DNA of 64,000 nt from Candidatus Spongiisocius sp. (GCA_965203035.1 OZ241858.1:1600882-1664881), one strand, 5' to 3'; numbered from the stretch's first letter, positions 36,935-47,346 are shown. Numbers and translations: made by a program. Notes: generated by a model not told the origin, from the sequence alone.

Positions 36935-38332
36935 GTGAACAGAGCCCACCCCTACATGGCCAATTCCACGGAGGAGGCCAAGAAGCACATGCTCAACGCG
37001 ATCGGCGCCGCCACCGTCGATGAACTGTTCGAGCAGATACCCGACGAACACATAACCACCCGGCAATTCGGGCTGCCCGAGCCCCTTGCCTCCGAGGTGG
37101 AACTCAAGCGGCATCTGACCGGGGTGCTCGGGAAGAACGAGCACTGTGAGGACAACCTCAGCTTCCTGGGAGGCGGCACCTGGCAGCACCACGTGCCTGC
37201 CATTTGCGATGAGATCTGGACCCGCAGCGAGTTCCTGACCTCGGTATGGGGTACAGGCTCATCCGACCTGGGCCGCAACCAGGCCTGGTTCGAGTTCGCC
37301 AGCCAGCTGGGGGAGCTGGTGGGAATGGAATTCGTGGGCCTGCCCGTCTACAGCTGGGGCGCCGCCGTGGGCCATTCGATGCGGATGGCGACGCGGATGA
37401 CGGGACGGGGCCGGATCCTGGTTCCCGCCCTGATGGATCCACAACGACTGGATGTGGCCCGGACGTACGCCGGGTTCCCGGAACAGGAGGGCCACATCGA
37501 GATCGCCTATGTGGGTTACCACCCGGCCACCGGCCGCATCGACCTGGCCGACCTCGGCAGCCGTCTTGACGAAGGAGTCGCCGCGGTCTACTTCGAGAAC
37601 CCCGGCTACCTGGGGGTGATCGAGGACCAGTCCGCCGAGATCGCGCGGATGGCCAGAGCCGCAGGGGCTGAGACCATCGTCGGCGTCGATCCGACCTCGC
37701 TGGGCGTGATCGTCCCGCCCTCCGATTACGGCGCAGACATCGCGGTCGGGACCACCCAGCCGCTCGGTATCCACATGAACGGTGGCGGCGGGGTCGGGGG
37801 CTTCATCGCCACCCGCGACGAGGAGCGCTACGCCCGGGAATACCCCACCCTTCAGGTCAGCCTCACCGACACCACCCAAGAGGGGGAGCGGGCCTTCGGA
37901 CTAGCCCTTTTCCAGCAGAGCTCGTACGGCTCCCGGGAGGACGGAAAGGACTGGACCGGGAACTCGGTGTACCTGTGGGCGATCGCCAACGCCGCCTACA
38001 TGTCGGTTCTGGGACCGTCCGGCTTCGAGGAGTTGGGCGGAGCGATCCTCCGGAGAAGCCACTACGCAGCCCGGCGGATAGCAGCCGTGCCGGGGGTGTC
38101 GTTGCCCTGGCCGACCGGTTTCTTCAAGGAGTTCGTGGTCCGGTTCGACGAGACCGGTCCTCCTGTGGCCGAGATCAACCGGCGACTCAGGGAACACGGC
38201 ATCTTCGGCGGCCGCGACCTGAGCAGCGACTTCCCCGACCTCGGACAGAGCGCCCTGTACTGCGTGACCGAGGTCCATAGCCGGGACGACATTGACCGCC
38301 TGACCGCCACGCTGGAGGAGGTGACCCGATGA
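36935..38332 (+). CDS. gcvPA: glycine dehydrogenase (decarboxylating) subunit 1-like (GcvPA family, divergent)
   Basis: N-terminal architecture and 'FLGGGTWQHHVP' match GcvPA. The canonical 'YTPYQPE' segment is replaced. Confidence 0.65.
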   Translation: MNRAHPYMANSTEEAKKHMLNAIGAATVDELFEQIPDEHITTRQFGLPEPLASEVELKRHLTGVLGKNEHCEDNLSFLGGGTWQHHVPAICDEIWTRSEFLTSVWGTGSSDLGRNQAWFEFASQLGELVGMEFVGLPVYSWGAAVGHSMRMATRMTGRGRILVPALMDPQRLDVARTYAGFPEQEGHIEIAYVGYHPATGRIDLADLGSRLDEGVAAVYFENPGYLGVIEDQSAEIARMARAAGAETIVGVDPTSLGVIVPPSDYGADIAVGTTQPLGIHMNGGGGVGGFIATRDEERYAREYPTLQVSLTDTTQEGERAFGLALFQQSSYGSREDGKDWTGNSVYLWAIANAAYMSVLGPSGFEELGGAILRRSHYAARRIAAVPGVSLPWPTGFFKEFVVRFDETGPPVAEINRRLREHGIFGGRDLSSDFPDLGQSALYCVTEVHSRDDIDRLTATLEEVTR

Positions 38333-39885
38333 CCACCAACGGATTGAGGAAATACCACGCCGCGGTCTGGGACGAGCCGCTGGTGATGGAGATGGGTCGG
38401 ACCGGTCGCCGCGGGCAACTCTTCCCCGTGGACGAACCCGATCTCGACGCGGTCGTGGGTGGCACCTCCGACCTGATTCCCGAGTCCCTGCGCCGGGGCC
38501 GGTCGGCCGACCTGCCCGAGATGTCGGAGCCTGAGGTCCTGCGCCACTATCTGCATCTCAGCCAGGAGGTGCTGGGGATGATGGGCATCAGCCTGTTCGG
38601 CACATGCACCATGAAGTACAACCCTCGGGTCACCGAGGCGCTCACCCGCCAGCCCTTCGTGGCCGAGACCCATCCCGATCAGGACGTCGAAACGCTCCAG
38701 GGCACGCTCGGGGTCATCCACGGGCTCGACCGGATGCTCCGGGAACTCACCGGGATGGACCAGTTCGTGTTCCAGCCGGGCGGAGGCGCCGACGCCGCGT
38801 TCCTCCATGCCACGGTGACCAGGGCCTACCACGAGGCCCGCGGGGACCTGGCGCAGCGGCGGGAGATCATCACCACCGCCCAGGCCCATCCATGCAATCC
38901 CGCCACCGCCGCGGCGGCCGGATTCGAGGTGATCACCCTTCCCCTCGAAGAGGAGGGCTACGCGTCGGTGGAAGCGCTCCGTGCGGCGGCATCGGAGCGG
39001 ACAGCGGCTCTGATGGTGAACAACCCGGACGACATCGGCATCTACAACCCCCATATCAAGGAGTGGGTCGACATCGTCCACTCGGTGGGCGGGCTCTGCT
39101 TCTACGACACCGCCAACTTCAACGGTGTTATGGGCCGGATCAGGGCCCGGGAACTGGGCTTCGACGCCTGCATGATGATGCTCCACAAGACCTTCGGCGC
39201 TCCCAAGGCGGGCGGCGGACCGGCGGTGGGCGCCTACGGGTGCTCGGAGAAGCTGGCCCCCTACCTGACCGCGCCCGTGGTGGTCAAGGGTGACGACGGA
39301 GCGTTCACCATCAAGGTTCCCGAGCACGCCGGCAGCACCCAGGTGCGGGAGTATCTGGGCAACATCCCGGTCATCATCAAGGCCTACTCGTGGCTCCGGG
39401 CGTTGGGCGCAGCGGGAGTGAAGGAAGCGGCCGACCTTTCGCTGCTGGCCAACAACTACATGGAGACCCGCCTGCTGCAGATCCCCGGCGTGTCGAAGGG
39501 CCTTTCCCATCTGGACGAGTACCGGATGGAGATGACCCGCTACAGCCTGGGCGATCTCACGGAGGAGACCGGGGTCACCACCGTCGACGTAGCCAACCGG
39601 ATGGTCGATTACGGCGTGGATGCCTTCTGGATGAGCCACGAGCCCTGGTTCATCCCGGAGCCGTTCACACCCGAGGCGGGGGAGATGTGGTCGGTCGAGG
39701 ATCTGGACTACTGGATCGACGTCATAGCGGCCATTTGCGAGGAGGCCCGCACCGATCCCGAGCTGGTCAAGACCGCTCCCCACAACCAGCCCATCCACCG
39801 GGTGGTCGGGAGCGGGCTGGACGATCCCGACCGGTGGGCCACCACCTGGCGGGCGTACCGCCGCAAGAACGGGCTCGGGGGCTGA
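38329..39885 (+). CDS. gcvPB: glycine dehydrogenase subunit 2 (GcvPB family, PLP-dependent)
   Basis: 'MLHKTFGAPKAGGGP' PLP-lysine motif. ATGA overlap with the upstream gene. Confidence 0.8.
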   Translation: MTTNGLRKYHAAVWDEPLVMEMGRTGRRGQLFPVDEPDLDAVVGGTSDLIPESLRRGRSADLPEMSEPEVLRHYLHLSQEVLGMMGISLFGTCTMKYNPRVTEALTRQPFVAETHPDQDVETLQGTLGVIHGLDRMLRELTGMDQFVFQPGGGADAAFLHATVTRAYHEARGDLAQRREIITTAQAHPCNPATAAAAGFEVITLPLEEEGYASVEALRAAASERTAALMVNNPDDIGIYNPHIKEWVDIVHSVGGLCFYDTANFNGVMGRIRARELGFDACMMMLHKTFGAPKAGGGPAVGAYGCSEKLAPYLTAPVVVKGDDGAFTIKVPEHAGSTQVREYLGNIPVIIKAYSWLRALGAAGVKEAADLSLLANNYMETRLLQIPGVSKGLSHLDEYRMEMTRYSLGDLTEETGVTTVDVANRMVDYGVDAFWMSHEPWFIPEPFTPEAGEMWSVEDLDYWIDVIAAICEEARTDPELVKTAPHNQPIHRVVGSGLDDPDRWATTWRAYRRKNGLGG

Positions 39886-39892
39886 TTCGAGG

Positions 39893-41620
39893 GTGCGCGT
39901 CGGCGTACCGGGGGTCGAGCCTCCCGCCGAATCGGTCCGGCTGACCTACGAGGGCCGCCCCGTGGAGGGGTGGGCGGGCGACACGCTGGCGTCGGCGCTG
40001 GTCGCTGCCGGCGAGATGGGTTTGCGTGAAGCGGTGGATGGAGGCCGGCGGGGCGTCTTCTGCGGGATGGGCGCCTGCCACGAGTGCGCGGTGGTGGTCG
40101 ATGATCATCCGGGAACGCTGGCCTGCATGGCCGGCGTGGAGGACGGGCAGGAGGTGAGGAGGCAGCCGGCCGCTCCCGGACCTCCGGACATCTCTCCGGG
40201 CGGCCGGCCGAGGAGAGAACTCTCGCCGACCGTCCTGGTGGTGGGTGGCGGGCCTGGGGGCCTCTCGGCGGCTTCGGTCATCGCCGAGCACGGCGCGGAC
40301 GTGGTGGTGCTGGACGAGCGCTCCAAGCTGGGCGGCCAGTTCTACAAGCAACCCCCGCCCGAGCGGGCCATCGACGATTCCCGTATCGACTCCCAGTACC
40401 GGGCCGGGCGCAAATTGATCGCACGGGCAAAGGAAGCCGGGGTCGCGTTCCTCAACGGAGTCACCCTCTGGGGAGCCTTCGCGCCCGACTCGCTGGCTGC
40501 CCGGAGCGATGACTGCGACTGGGTGTTGCGCCCGCAGCGGCTGGTGCTGGCAACCGGCGCCCACGAGCGGCCGGTTCCCATTCCGGGCTGGACCCTGCCC
40601 GGCGTGATGACGACCGGCGCCGCCCAGACCCTGCTCCGATCCAGCCAGGTGGCCCCTGGGGAGCGGGTGATCCTCTCCGGCAACGGCCCGCTCAACATGC
40701 AGGTTGCGGCCGAACTGGTCAGGGCCGGGGTCGAGGTGGTGGCGCTGGCCGAGCAGGCCGATCTCCGGTGGTGGCGCAACCTCGGCAACGGCGCGGGAAT
40801 GCTCGCCGCAGCGCCCGAGCTGGTCGCCAAGGGGTTCTCCTACCGGACCACCCTGGTGCGTGTTCCGGTCATCGACCGCGCCTCGGTGGTCGAGATACGG
40901 GGCGATCAGCGAGCGGAGGCGGCGGTCGTGGCGCGCCTGGACGCTTCCGGTAATCCGTTACCGGGAACGGAGCGGGAGTTCGCCGCAGATGCTGTATGCC
41001 TCGGTTACGGGTTCATTCCCGCCAACGAGATCTCCCGGGCTCTGGGATGCGATCATCGCTACGACCCGGACGCCGGAACGCTGGTCGTGGTCCGCTCCGC
41101 GACCGGACGCACCTCGGTTGACCGCGTCTGGGTAGTGGGAGACGCGGGCGGGATCAACGGCGCCTACGTAGCCACCGCTCTCGGCGCCCTCGCCGGGGCC
41201 GATGTGCTTGCCGACCTGGGAGCCACATCCTCCGACCGCCTCGGCCGGGAGGTGTCCCGCCTGCGGCAAACCCTCCGCCGCCACAGACGCTTCCAGTGCC
41301 ATCTCCGCAGTCTCTATCGCTCCGAGCCCCTGACCACCCAGCTGGCCCGCGACCCCACCCTGGTCTGCCGGTGCGAGTCCGTGACGCTGGGCGAGCTGCG
41401 GGAGGCGTTCACCGGCGGCGGCGGGGCCACGTCGGCCGGCGCGGCCAAGCGCCTGACCAGGGCCGGAATGGGCAAATGCCAGGGCCGCTACTGCAGCCCG
41501 TCAGTGCTGGCCCTTGCAACCGAGGCTGCCGGAGTCCCGCCCGACGAGTTCTCCGGTTTCGCCCCCCAAGCCCCCATCCGCCCGGTGGCAATAGGTGAGG
41601 TGGCAGGAACCATTACCTGA
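39893..41620 (+). CDS. FAD/NAD(P)-binding oxidoreductase with N-terminal 2Fe-2S and C-terminal BFD-like [2Fe-2S] domains (HcnB/OoxA-like)
   Basis: 'CGMGACHEC' N-terminal cluster, 'VLVVGGGPGGLSAA' Rossmann fold, 'CRCESVTLGEL' BFD-like motif. Confidence 0.6.
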   Translation: MRVGVPGVEPPAESVRLTYEGRPVEGWAGDTLASALVAAGEMGLREAVDGGRRGVFCGMGACHECAVVVDDHPGTLACMAGVEDGQEVRRQPAAPGPPDISPGGRPRRELSPTVLVVGGGPGGLSAASVIAEHGADVVVLDERSKLGGQFYKQPPPERAIDDSRIDSQYRAGRKLIARAKEAGVAFLNGVTLWGAFAPDSLAARSDDCDWVLRPQRLVLATGAHERPVPIPGWTLPGVMTTGAAQTLLRSSQVAPGERVILSGNGPLNMQVAAELVRAGVEVVALAEQADLRWWRNLGNGAGMLAAAPELVAKGFSYRTTLVRVPVIDRASVVEIRGDQRAEAAVVARLDASGNPLPGTEREFAADAVCLGYGFIPANEISRALGCDHRYDPDAGTLVVVRSATGRTSVDRVWVVGDAGGINGAYVATALGALAGADVLADLGATSSDRLGREVSRLRQTLRRHRRFQCHLRSLYRSEPLTTQLARDPTLVCRCESVTLGELREAFTGGGGATSAGAAKRLTRAGMGKCQGRYCSPSVLALATEAAGVPPDEFSGFAPQAPIRPVAIGEVAGTIT

Positions 41621-41717
41621 CCGTCCGGTGGCGGCCCGCCCATCTGTCGGGCTGACGGCAAGACGGCGCGCTGTGCGGACCAGCCATACCAGTTGAGCCC
41701 TCGCCCTGTGGTCGGGT

Positions 41718-41945
41718 TCAACCATCGAAGCCAAGTTCGTTCCTGACCTCTTCCGCCGTATGGACACGTTCTCGACCTTCCCGAACCCGTTCCAGAACAT
41801 GTGCGGCCAGGTAGTAGTCCTCCACGTCGTCGAGGCCGCGTTCGATGCTCTCTCGGAGTTGGTAGGACTTCGTCCGACCGGTCTGTGAAGCCAGTAGGTC
41901 AAGACGTTCCTCGATGTCGCGTGACAGCCGGATCGATGTCGGCAC
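41718..41945 (-). CDS. ribbon-helix-helix (CopG-like) protein, putative orphan antitoxin (75 aa)
   Basis: GTG start with GGGAGGA 5 nt upstream. 'PTSIRLSRDIEERLDLLASQTGRTKSYQLRESIERGL' RHH pattern. The rest of the 315-aa track ORF is antisense to the dapA-family gene. Confidence 0.5.
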   Translation of the reverse strand: MPTSIRLSRDIEERLDLLASQTGRTKSYQLRESIERGLDDVEDYYLAAHVLERVREGRERVHTAEEVRNELGFDG

Positions 41946-42149
41946 TTTGGGGTCCTCCCGACGGGATGCTGTTGGCACGTCACTGTATAGACGGTTGTCA
42001 AGACTTCTCCGGCACGGAGAACGTCGTCCTGGCAATACCGCGCCGGGCGCCGGCGGGTTAGAGTGACCGGAGGCCGCCACCGACCGCTTACCGGTTAGCG
42101 GAGACCGGCGGTTCGGAGCAAGGGCATCTGGCGACTCGCGACTGGAGGA

Positions 42150-43085
42150 ATGATGGCCAAGGAGTTTCGGGGCAGCTACACGGTATCGGTCACACCTTTC
42201 ACGGAGGATGCTTCGGGCATCGACTTCGGAGTGCTGAAGAACTTCCTGGACTGGCAGATCGAGGTCGGGGTGCCGGGAATCATCGCGCTGGGCAGCACGG
42301 GGGAGTTCCTGACGGTAAGTGACGAGGAGCGCCGCCAGCTTGTGGAAACCTACGTCAACCACATCGACGGGCGTATGCCGGTGATCATCGGCACCATGAA
42401 CGCCCACACGCCGAATGCCGTCCGCCACAGCCGCCAGGCGGAGGATCTGGGCGCCGACGGCGTGATGATCATCCCGCCCTACTACTACACGCCCACCGAC
42501 GACGAGATCTTCAGGTACTACGAGGCGATCGACGCGGCCATCTCGATCCCCATCATGCTTTACAACAACCCGGTCACCTCCAATGTGGACATGTCGGCCA
42601 AGCTCCAGGCCAAGCTGTGCTTGGAGTTGGAGTCGGTGCAGTACGTCAAGGAGTCGAGCATGCATCTCTCCCGCGTGCCGGAGGTGATAGAAGCCTCCGG
42701 GGGGCGGATGAAGGTGTACGCCGGGGAGTGGGTTGTCGACTCCTACCTCCTGGGTGCGATCGGGTACGTCAACCCGTTCGGCAACTACCTGCCGCGGGCT
42801 TCAGGCCGCATCTTCGAGCTGCTCGAAGCGGGCCGTATCGACGACGCTCGGGCCATCTGGCGCCCGATCGACCGGATCGAGCACACGATCGCCGAAGGAC
42901 ACCCGACCTACGGCCACCAGTGCTACTCCAAGGCGCTCGCGGCCGCGGTCGGTCACCCGATGGGTGACGTGAGGGCGCCTCTGACCACCTACGCGGAGCT
43001 GGGCGAGGAGGGCCGCGAACGGATGGCGAGGTTGATGCCGCTGGTCGAGGAAGCCGAGTCGCTGGCCACCTCGTTCGGTCTCTAG
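42150..43085 (+). CDS. dihydrodipicolinate synthase / N-acetylneuraminate lyase-family aldolase
   Basis: 'GIIALGSTGEF' and 'YNNP' motifs of the DapA family. Confidence 0.8.
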   Translation: MMAKEFRGSYTVSVTPFTEDASGIDFGVLKNFLDWQIEVGVPGIIALGSTGEFLTVSDEERRQLVETYVNHIDGRMPVIIGTMNAHTPNAVRHSRQAEDLGADGVMIIPPYYYTPTDDEIFRYYEAIDAAISIPIMLYNNPVTSNVDMSAKLQAKLCLELESVQYVKESSMHLSRVPEVIEASGGRMKVYAGEWVVDSYLLGAIGYVNPFGNYLPRASGRIFELLEAGRIDDARAIWRPIDRIEHTIAEGHPTYGHQCYSKALAAAVGHPMGDVRAPLTTYAELGEEGRERMARLMPLVEEAESLATSFGL

Positions 43086-43106
43086 ACAGACCACTGACGG
43101 CCTCGA

Positions 43107-44078
43107 GTGGGAGGATCGGACTCCCCGGCCGGTCATGAACGTGGCCGCGGCCGCATCGGCGTAGTCGGCGGAGGGTCGATCGGTGTCGGTTGGGCCATCG
43201 TCTTCGCTCGCGCCGGGCACCTCACGACGGTGTTCGAACCGGAGGAGCGTAGGCGCCGGATCCTGATCGGAGAGGTGGAAGTCCGGCTGGGCGAGTTGGA
43301 CGCCTTCGGTCTCCTTGACGAGTCACCCGCCGAGATCGTGGCCCGGCTGGCGGTCACCGGCGATCTGGGCGAGGCGCTGGACGGCGCCGAACACGTCCAG
43401 GAGTGCGCCCCGGAGTCCCTCCCGCTGAAGGTCGACCTGTTCGAGAGGATGGACGCGCTGGCCGACTCCACCACCACGCTCGCCAGCTCCTCCTCCACCA
43501 TGACCACGTCCGGTATCGCCGCCGGGCTTCGCGGCCGGTCTCGCTGCATCCTCGCCCATCCCGGCAACCCGCCCTACCTGATCCGGGTGGTCGAGCTGGC
43601 GCCGGCGCCCTTCACCACCCCGGAAACGGTGGATTCGGCCCGCGATCTGTTCTCGCGCGCCGGGATGCTGCCGGTCACGGTCCACCAGGAGATCGACTGC
43701 CTCGTGTTCAACCGGCTCCAGGGCGCGCTGCTCCGGGAGGCCCTGTGCCTGGTCAGGGACGGGGTGGTCGCACCGGCCGATCTCGACCTCGTGGTCAGTG
43801 AGGGATTGGCCCGCCGGTGGTCGGTGATCGGCCCCCTGGCGGTCGCCGAGTTGAACACCCGTGGCGGCATCGTCGCCCATGCCCGGTTCATGGGACTCGC
43901 GTACGGCCGGATCGGGTTGGAGCGCGGTCAGGAGGACCCGTGGGCGTCCGACGTGGTCCAGCGGGTGGCCGAGGACCTGGAGTCCAGATTCCCGGCGTCC
44001 CGCCGGGACGACCAGGTGCTGTGGCGCGACCGGGAGCTGATGCGACTCGAGTCGGAGCGGCGCGGCCGCTCCGGATGA
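43107..44078 (+). CDS. 3-hydroxyacyl-CoA dehydrogenase-family NAD-binding protein
   Basis: 'IGVVGGGSIGVGWAIVFARAGH' Rossmann fold and C-terminal 3HCDH-like domain. True start is probably internal. Confidence 0.65.
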   Translation: MGGSDSPAGHERGRGRIGVVGGGSIGVGWAIVFARAGHLTTVFEPEERRRRILIGEVEVRLGELDAFGLLDESPAEIVARLAVTGDLGEALDGAEHVQECAPESLPLKVDLFERMDALADSTTTLASSSSTMTTSGIAAGLRGRSRCILAHPGNPPYLIRVVELAPAPFTTPETVDSARDLFSRAGMLPVTVHQEIDCLVFNRLQGALLREALCLVRDGVVAPADLDLVVSEGLARRWSVIGPLAVAELNTRGGIVAHARFMGLAYGRIGLERGQEDPWASDVVQRVAEDLESRFPASRRDDQVLWRDRELMRLESERRGRSG

Positions 44079-44196
44079 CCACGCGCCTCGTTGAGGTGAA
44101 CCACCGGCTCCGGGCCGGCGCCTCTTAGGACTCGGGTACCGATGGGATCGTGAGAACGCGAAGAATAGGGGGTTCTAAACCAGCGATTAGGATGAT

Positions 44197-44514
44197 ATGT
44201 TCATGGACATGGACGCCATCACCAACCTGCTGATCTCGCTGGTCGCCGGACTCGCCGGCGTAGTGCTGATCTTGCTGCGCTCCGACATCAAGCAGCTTCG
44301 TGCCGAGTTGAACGGGTTCCGAGCCGAGATGAACGGCCGGTTCGACACCGTGCTGGCCACGCAGAAGGAGCATGGCGAGCGGTTGGCAAGGCTGGAGACC
44401 CTTGTCGAGATCCTCATTGGACCCTTCCGCTCCGGCGTCACCGATCCCGAGACCGGGGAGCAGCCAATGCTCGCGTTCCGCGGCCGACCGCCGGACGAGG
44501 CTGAAGAAGCCTGA
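44197..44514 (+). CDS. small membrane-anchored coiled-coil protein
   Basis: One TM 'LLISLVAGLAGVVLILL', then heptad-like 'IKQLRAELNGFRAEMNGRFDTVLATQKEHGERLARLETL'. Confidence 0.4.
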   Translation: MFMDMDAITNLLISLVAGLAGVVLILLRSDIKQLRAELNGFRAEMNGRFDTVLATQKEHGERLARLETLVEILIGPFRSGVTDPETGEQPMLAFRGRPPDEAEEA

Positions 44515-44606
44515 TCCCGGGCTTGTCGAACCCGGGCGTTCGACGACCCGCCGGTAGCCGCCAGAACGGGGAGTGTTGAGTCGTTCGGATACCTTCGGGT
44601 TACCGA

Positions 44607-45356
44607 TCAGGTCAGGTTGGTGATCCGGACCTGGGCCTCGGCCAAGTGGAGCGAAGCCACCATCGGGTCGATGCACACGGCATCTATCAGGTGGGCGACC
44701 TCCCGGATCATGCCTCCCCATATGGTGCAGCCGAACAGGATGGCTTCCACGGGCCCCCGCTCCAGCATGGCCCGGGCAGCCGGTACCCCATGCTCATGAA
44801 GCTGGCGGCGGAACCGGTCCTGGACGATCTCGGCGGTGACCTCCAGGTTGCCGATCAGGCTGTCCTCGCCCTCCACGTGCATCGGCACGAAGGCGATGTC
44901 GCTCACCGCGTCCGACAGTCCGTAGGCCCGGAGGTTGCGCCGCACCCAGTTGGCGGTGGTCTTCCAGTCGTGCTCGTCGGGGAAGAGCATCCCGATGTTG
45001 AGGCCCCGCCCGGCTGCCAGCGCGGCGGCGGCCTGAAGAGGACCGATCACAGGTATCTTCACCGACCGCTGCGCCTCCATCAGCGCGGGGTCCGAACAGC
45101 ACCCGATGATGGCGGCGTCGGCGCCCTCCTCCTCGGCCCGGATAACCGTGGCGATCAACTCGTTCATGTAAAGCGGCACCGGGGAGAGCATCGGGCCGGT
45201 CAGTTCCGGCGGTAGGTCAAGGTGGACCACGTCGACGAAAACGCCGCTCGATGCGTGCTTCTCGAGCACCGAGACGGCACGCGGGACGTGGATGTCGATC
45301 CCTATCGGTTCGATGAAGGTGATCTTCATTCCGGCCTCCTGGAGTTGTCTGGCCAC
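44607..45356 (-). CDS. Asp/Glu/hydantoin racemase-superfamily protein
   Basis: Two-Cys racemase-fold pattern ('IIGCCSDP', 'ILFGCTIW'). Confidence 0.65.
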   Translation of the reverse strand: MARQLQEAGMKITFIEPIGIDIHVPRAVSVLEKHASSGVFVDVVHLDLPPELTGPMLSPVPLYMNELIATVIRAEEEGADAAIIGCCSDPALMEAQRSVKIPVIGPLQAAAALAAGRGLNIGMLFPDEHDWKTTANWVRRNLRAYGLSDAVSDIAFVPMHVEGEDSLIGNLEVTAEIVQDRFRRQLHEHGVPAARAMLERGPVEAILFGCTIWGGMIREVAHLIDAVCIDPMVASLHLAEAQVRITNLT

Positions 45357-45447
45357 GGGAGCACCGCCCCGCTTTGGATACAGTTCACTCGAATCTTATC
45401 GTTCGGCCCCAACAGCCGCGGCATGAAACCACCCGGGAGGTGAAGCA

Positions 45448-46212
45448 ATGGGACAACCGCTCGAGGGCAAGGTGATTCTGGTGACCGGTGCCTCGAGGGG
45501 CATCGGTTTCGAGATCGCCCGAGAGTTGGGACGGGCCGGCGCATCGGTGGTGGCCCAATACTCGCGGACGAGGCACGGGGCCGAGGCGGCAACGGCCGAG
45601 TTGCCACCCGAACGCAAGCTCCTTGTGCAGGCCGACTTTTCCGAGCGTAGGGCGGGAAACACGCTCTGGGATCAGGCGGTCGCATGGAAGGGCCGGGTCG
45701 ACGTGCTGGTCAACAACGCCGCGATCCTTGCCGAACTGGATTGGGACGGTTCCGAGGACGAATGGGACCGGATATGGCAGGCCACCTGGCAGGTGAACGT
45801 CGTCGAACCGGCCCGCCTCACCCGCTCCGCAGTCCGTCATTTCGTCGAGAACGGTGACGGAACGGTGATCAGCCTGTCCAGCTGGCTGGCCTATCGGGCC
45901 GGCCGAGCTGCCATGGCCGCCTACAGCGCCTCCAAGGGAGCGCTGACCGCCCTGACCAAATCGGTGGCGGGTGACTACGCGCGCCAAGGGGTGGTGGCGT
46001 TCAACATCGCTCCGGGGATGGTGCGAACCGACATGTCCATCGACGCCGCCGAGCAATTCGGTGGCGAGGAAGGCACCGCCGACCAGCTTGCCATGGGGGA
46101 GTGGATCCCCCCGGTGGAGATCGCCCGGATCGTGGTGTTCCTGTCTAGAGGTGACTGCCGCCACCTGTCCGGCGCCACCATCGACATCAACGGCGCCAGC
46201 TACATGCGGTAG
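45448..46212 (+). CDS. SDR-family oxidoreductase
   Basis: 'VTGASRGIG' cofactor motif and 'YSASKGAL' catalytic YxxxK. Confidence 0.85.
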   Translation: MGQPLEGKVILVTGASRGIGFEIARELGRAGASVVAQYSRTRHGAEAATAELPPERKLLVQADFSERRAGNTLWDQAVAWKGRVDVLVNNAAILAELDWDGSEDEWDRIWQATWQVNVVEPARLTRSAVRHFVENGDGTVISLSSWLAYRAGRAAMAAYSASKGALTALTKSVAGDYARQGVVAFNIAPGMVRTDMSIDAAEQFGGEEGTADQLAMGEWIPPVEIARIVVFLSRGDCRHLSGATIDINGASYMR

Positions 46213-46341
46213 GAGGGGACCGAAAAAACGTCCGGTTGGCCCGGTAGTCGGCAATGAAACTCCAGGTCAAGCCATCGCGGGCCAACCCATCCCCGTCTTT
46301 TCAGCACCCTCCTCGCCGCTCCGGATGGACGACCCGGACTC

Positions 46342-47265
46342 TCAGCTCGCCTCCACCGCCAGCACGCGGGCGGGGTTGGTGTGGGTGATGTGGTGGATGG
46401 TCTCCTCGTCGACGCCTTCGTCGCGCAGCATGGGCAGGAAGCTGTCGATGAGGTGGCGGTAGCCGTGGCCGCCGTTGGTCATGAGGCGGGGCCGGGCGGG
46501 CATGTCCTGAGCCACTAGCAGGCGGTCCCCGTGTCCGCGCCGGATCAGCTCGGCGAGGAACCGGGCCCGCCGGTGGTCGGCGTTGATCCACTCGATGCCT
46601 ACAAGGTCGAACTGGATGTAGCAGCCGGTCTGGGCGATGCGTTCCAGTTCGTCCATCTCCAAGGTGTTGTCCAGGTGGCCGAAGATGACGCGGTCCGGCG
46701 GCACTTCCTCCTCCTGCAGTATCTCGTGGAACAGGAGGGCGGTGTGAGGAGGGGTGTGGGTGGTGATCGCCAGGCCGGTTGCGTGGTGGGCCCGGGCCGC
46801 GGCGCGGATCACCCGCTCCTCGACTCCCTGGACCCACCGCTTGTCGATACCGATCTCCCCGATGACTCCGGGACGGATCCCGGTATCGGCCCAGCCGTTC
46901 TCGATCTCGTTGACCATGTACTCGGTCAGCCGGCGCGTGGTCCACTTGTCGACGAATTCGGGGTAGTAGGGCTCCCTGTAGAAGCCGACGCCCATCAGGA
47001 TGTGCACGCCGGTGGTCTCGGAGACCCTGCGCAGTGCCTCGGGTTGACGTCCGATGTGTTCCAACCCGCAGTCGACGAGGGTGCCGCCGCCCGCGTCCTT
47101 GTAGAAGCCGACTTCCTCCGTCATCTGGACCTCGTCGGTTATCGGCATCGCCACCCAGCGGTGGCGCGCCCACGAGATGTCGGCGAATATGTGATCGTGG
47201 GTCTGGGTGTGGCCCAACTCGTCGGGCGCGACCGGTCCGCGAACGGTCATTACCTGTAGCGCCAT
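46342..47265 (-). CDS. phosphotriesterase-family protein (PTE-like lactonase/hydrolase), paralog D
   Basis: 'GHTQTHDHIF' binuclear-metal HxH motif and TIM-barrel PTE pattern. ~75% identical to 55081..55995. Confidence 0.8.
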   Translation of the reverse strand: MALQVMTVRGPVAPDELGHTQTHDHIFADISWARHRWVAMPITDEVQMTEEVGFYKDAGGGTLVDCGLEHIGRQPEALRRVSETTGVHILMGVGFYREPYYPEFVDKWTTRRLTEYMVNEIENGWADTGIRPGVIGEIGIDKRWVQGVEERVIRAAARAHHATGLAITTHTPPHTALLFHEILQEEEVPPDRVIFGHLDNTLEMDELERIAQTGCYIQFDLVGIEWINADHRRARFLAELIRRGHGDRLLVAQDMPARPRLMTNGGHGYRHLIDSFLPMLRDEGVDEETIHHITHTNPARVLAVEAS

Positions 47266-47346
47266 GCTCTCTCCCTGCGAGGCCGACCGGGCTGTTGCTT
47301 CGACCCTACCCGACCCGACCTACCGGCGGGGTGGTCACGGCCCGCG

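Noticed and set aside
41946-42665. Upstream 240 codons of the 315-aa minus ORF 41718..42665
   Set aside because: Antisense to the DapA-family gene (42150..43085). Only the last 75 codons (RHH protein) have their own SD and start.
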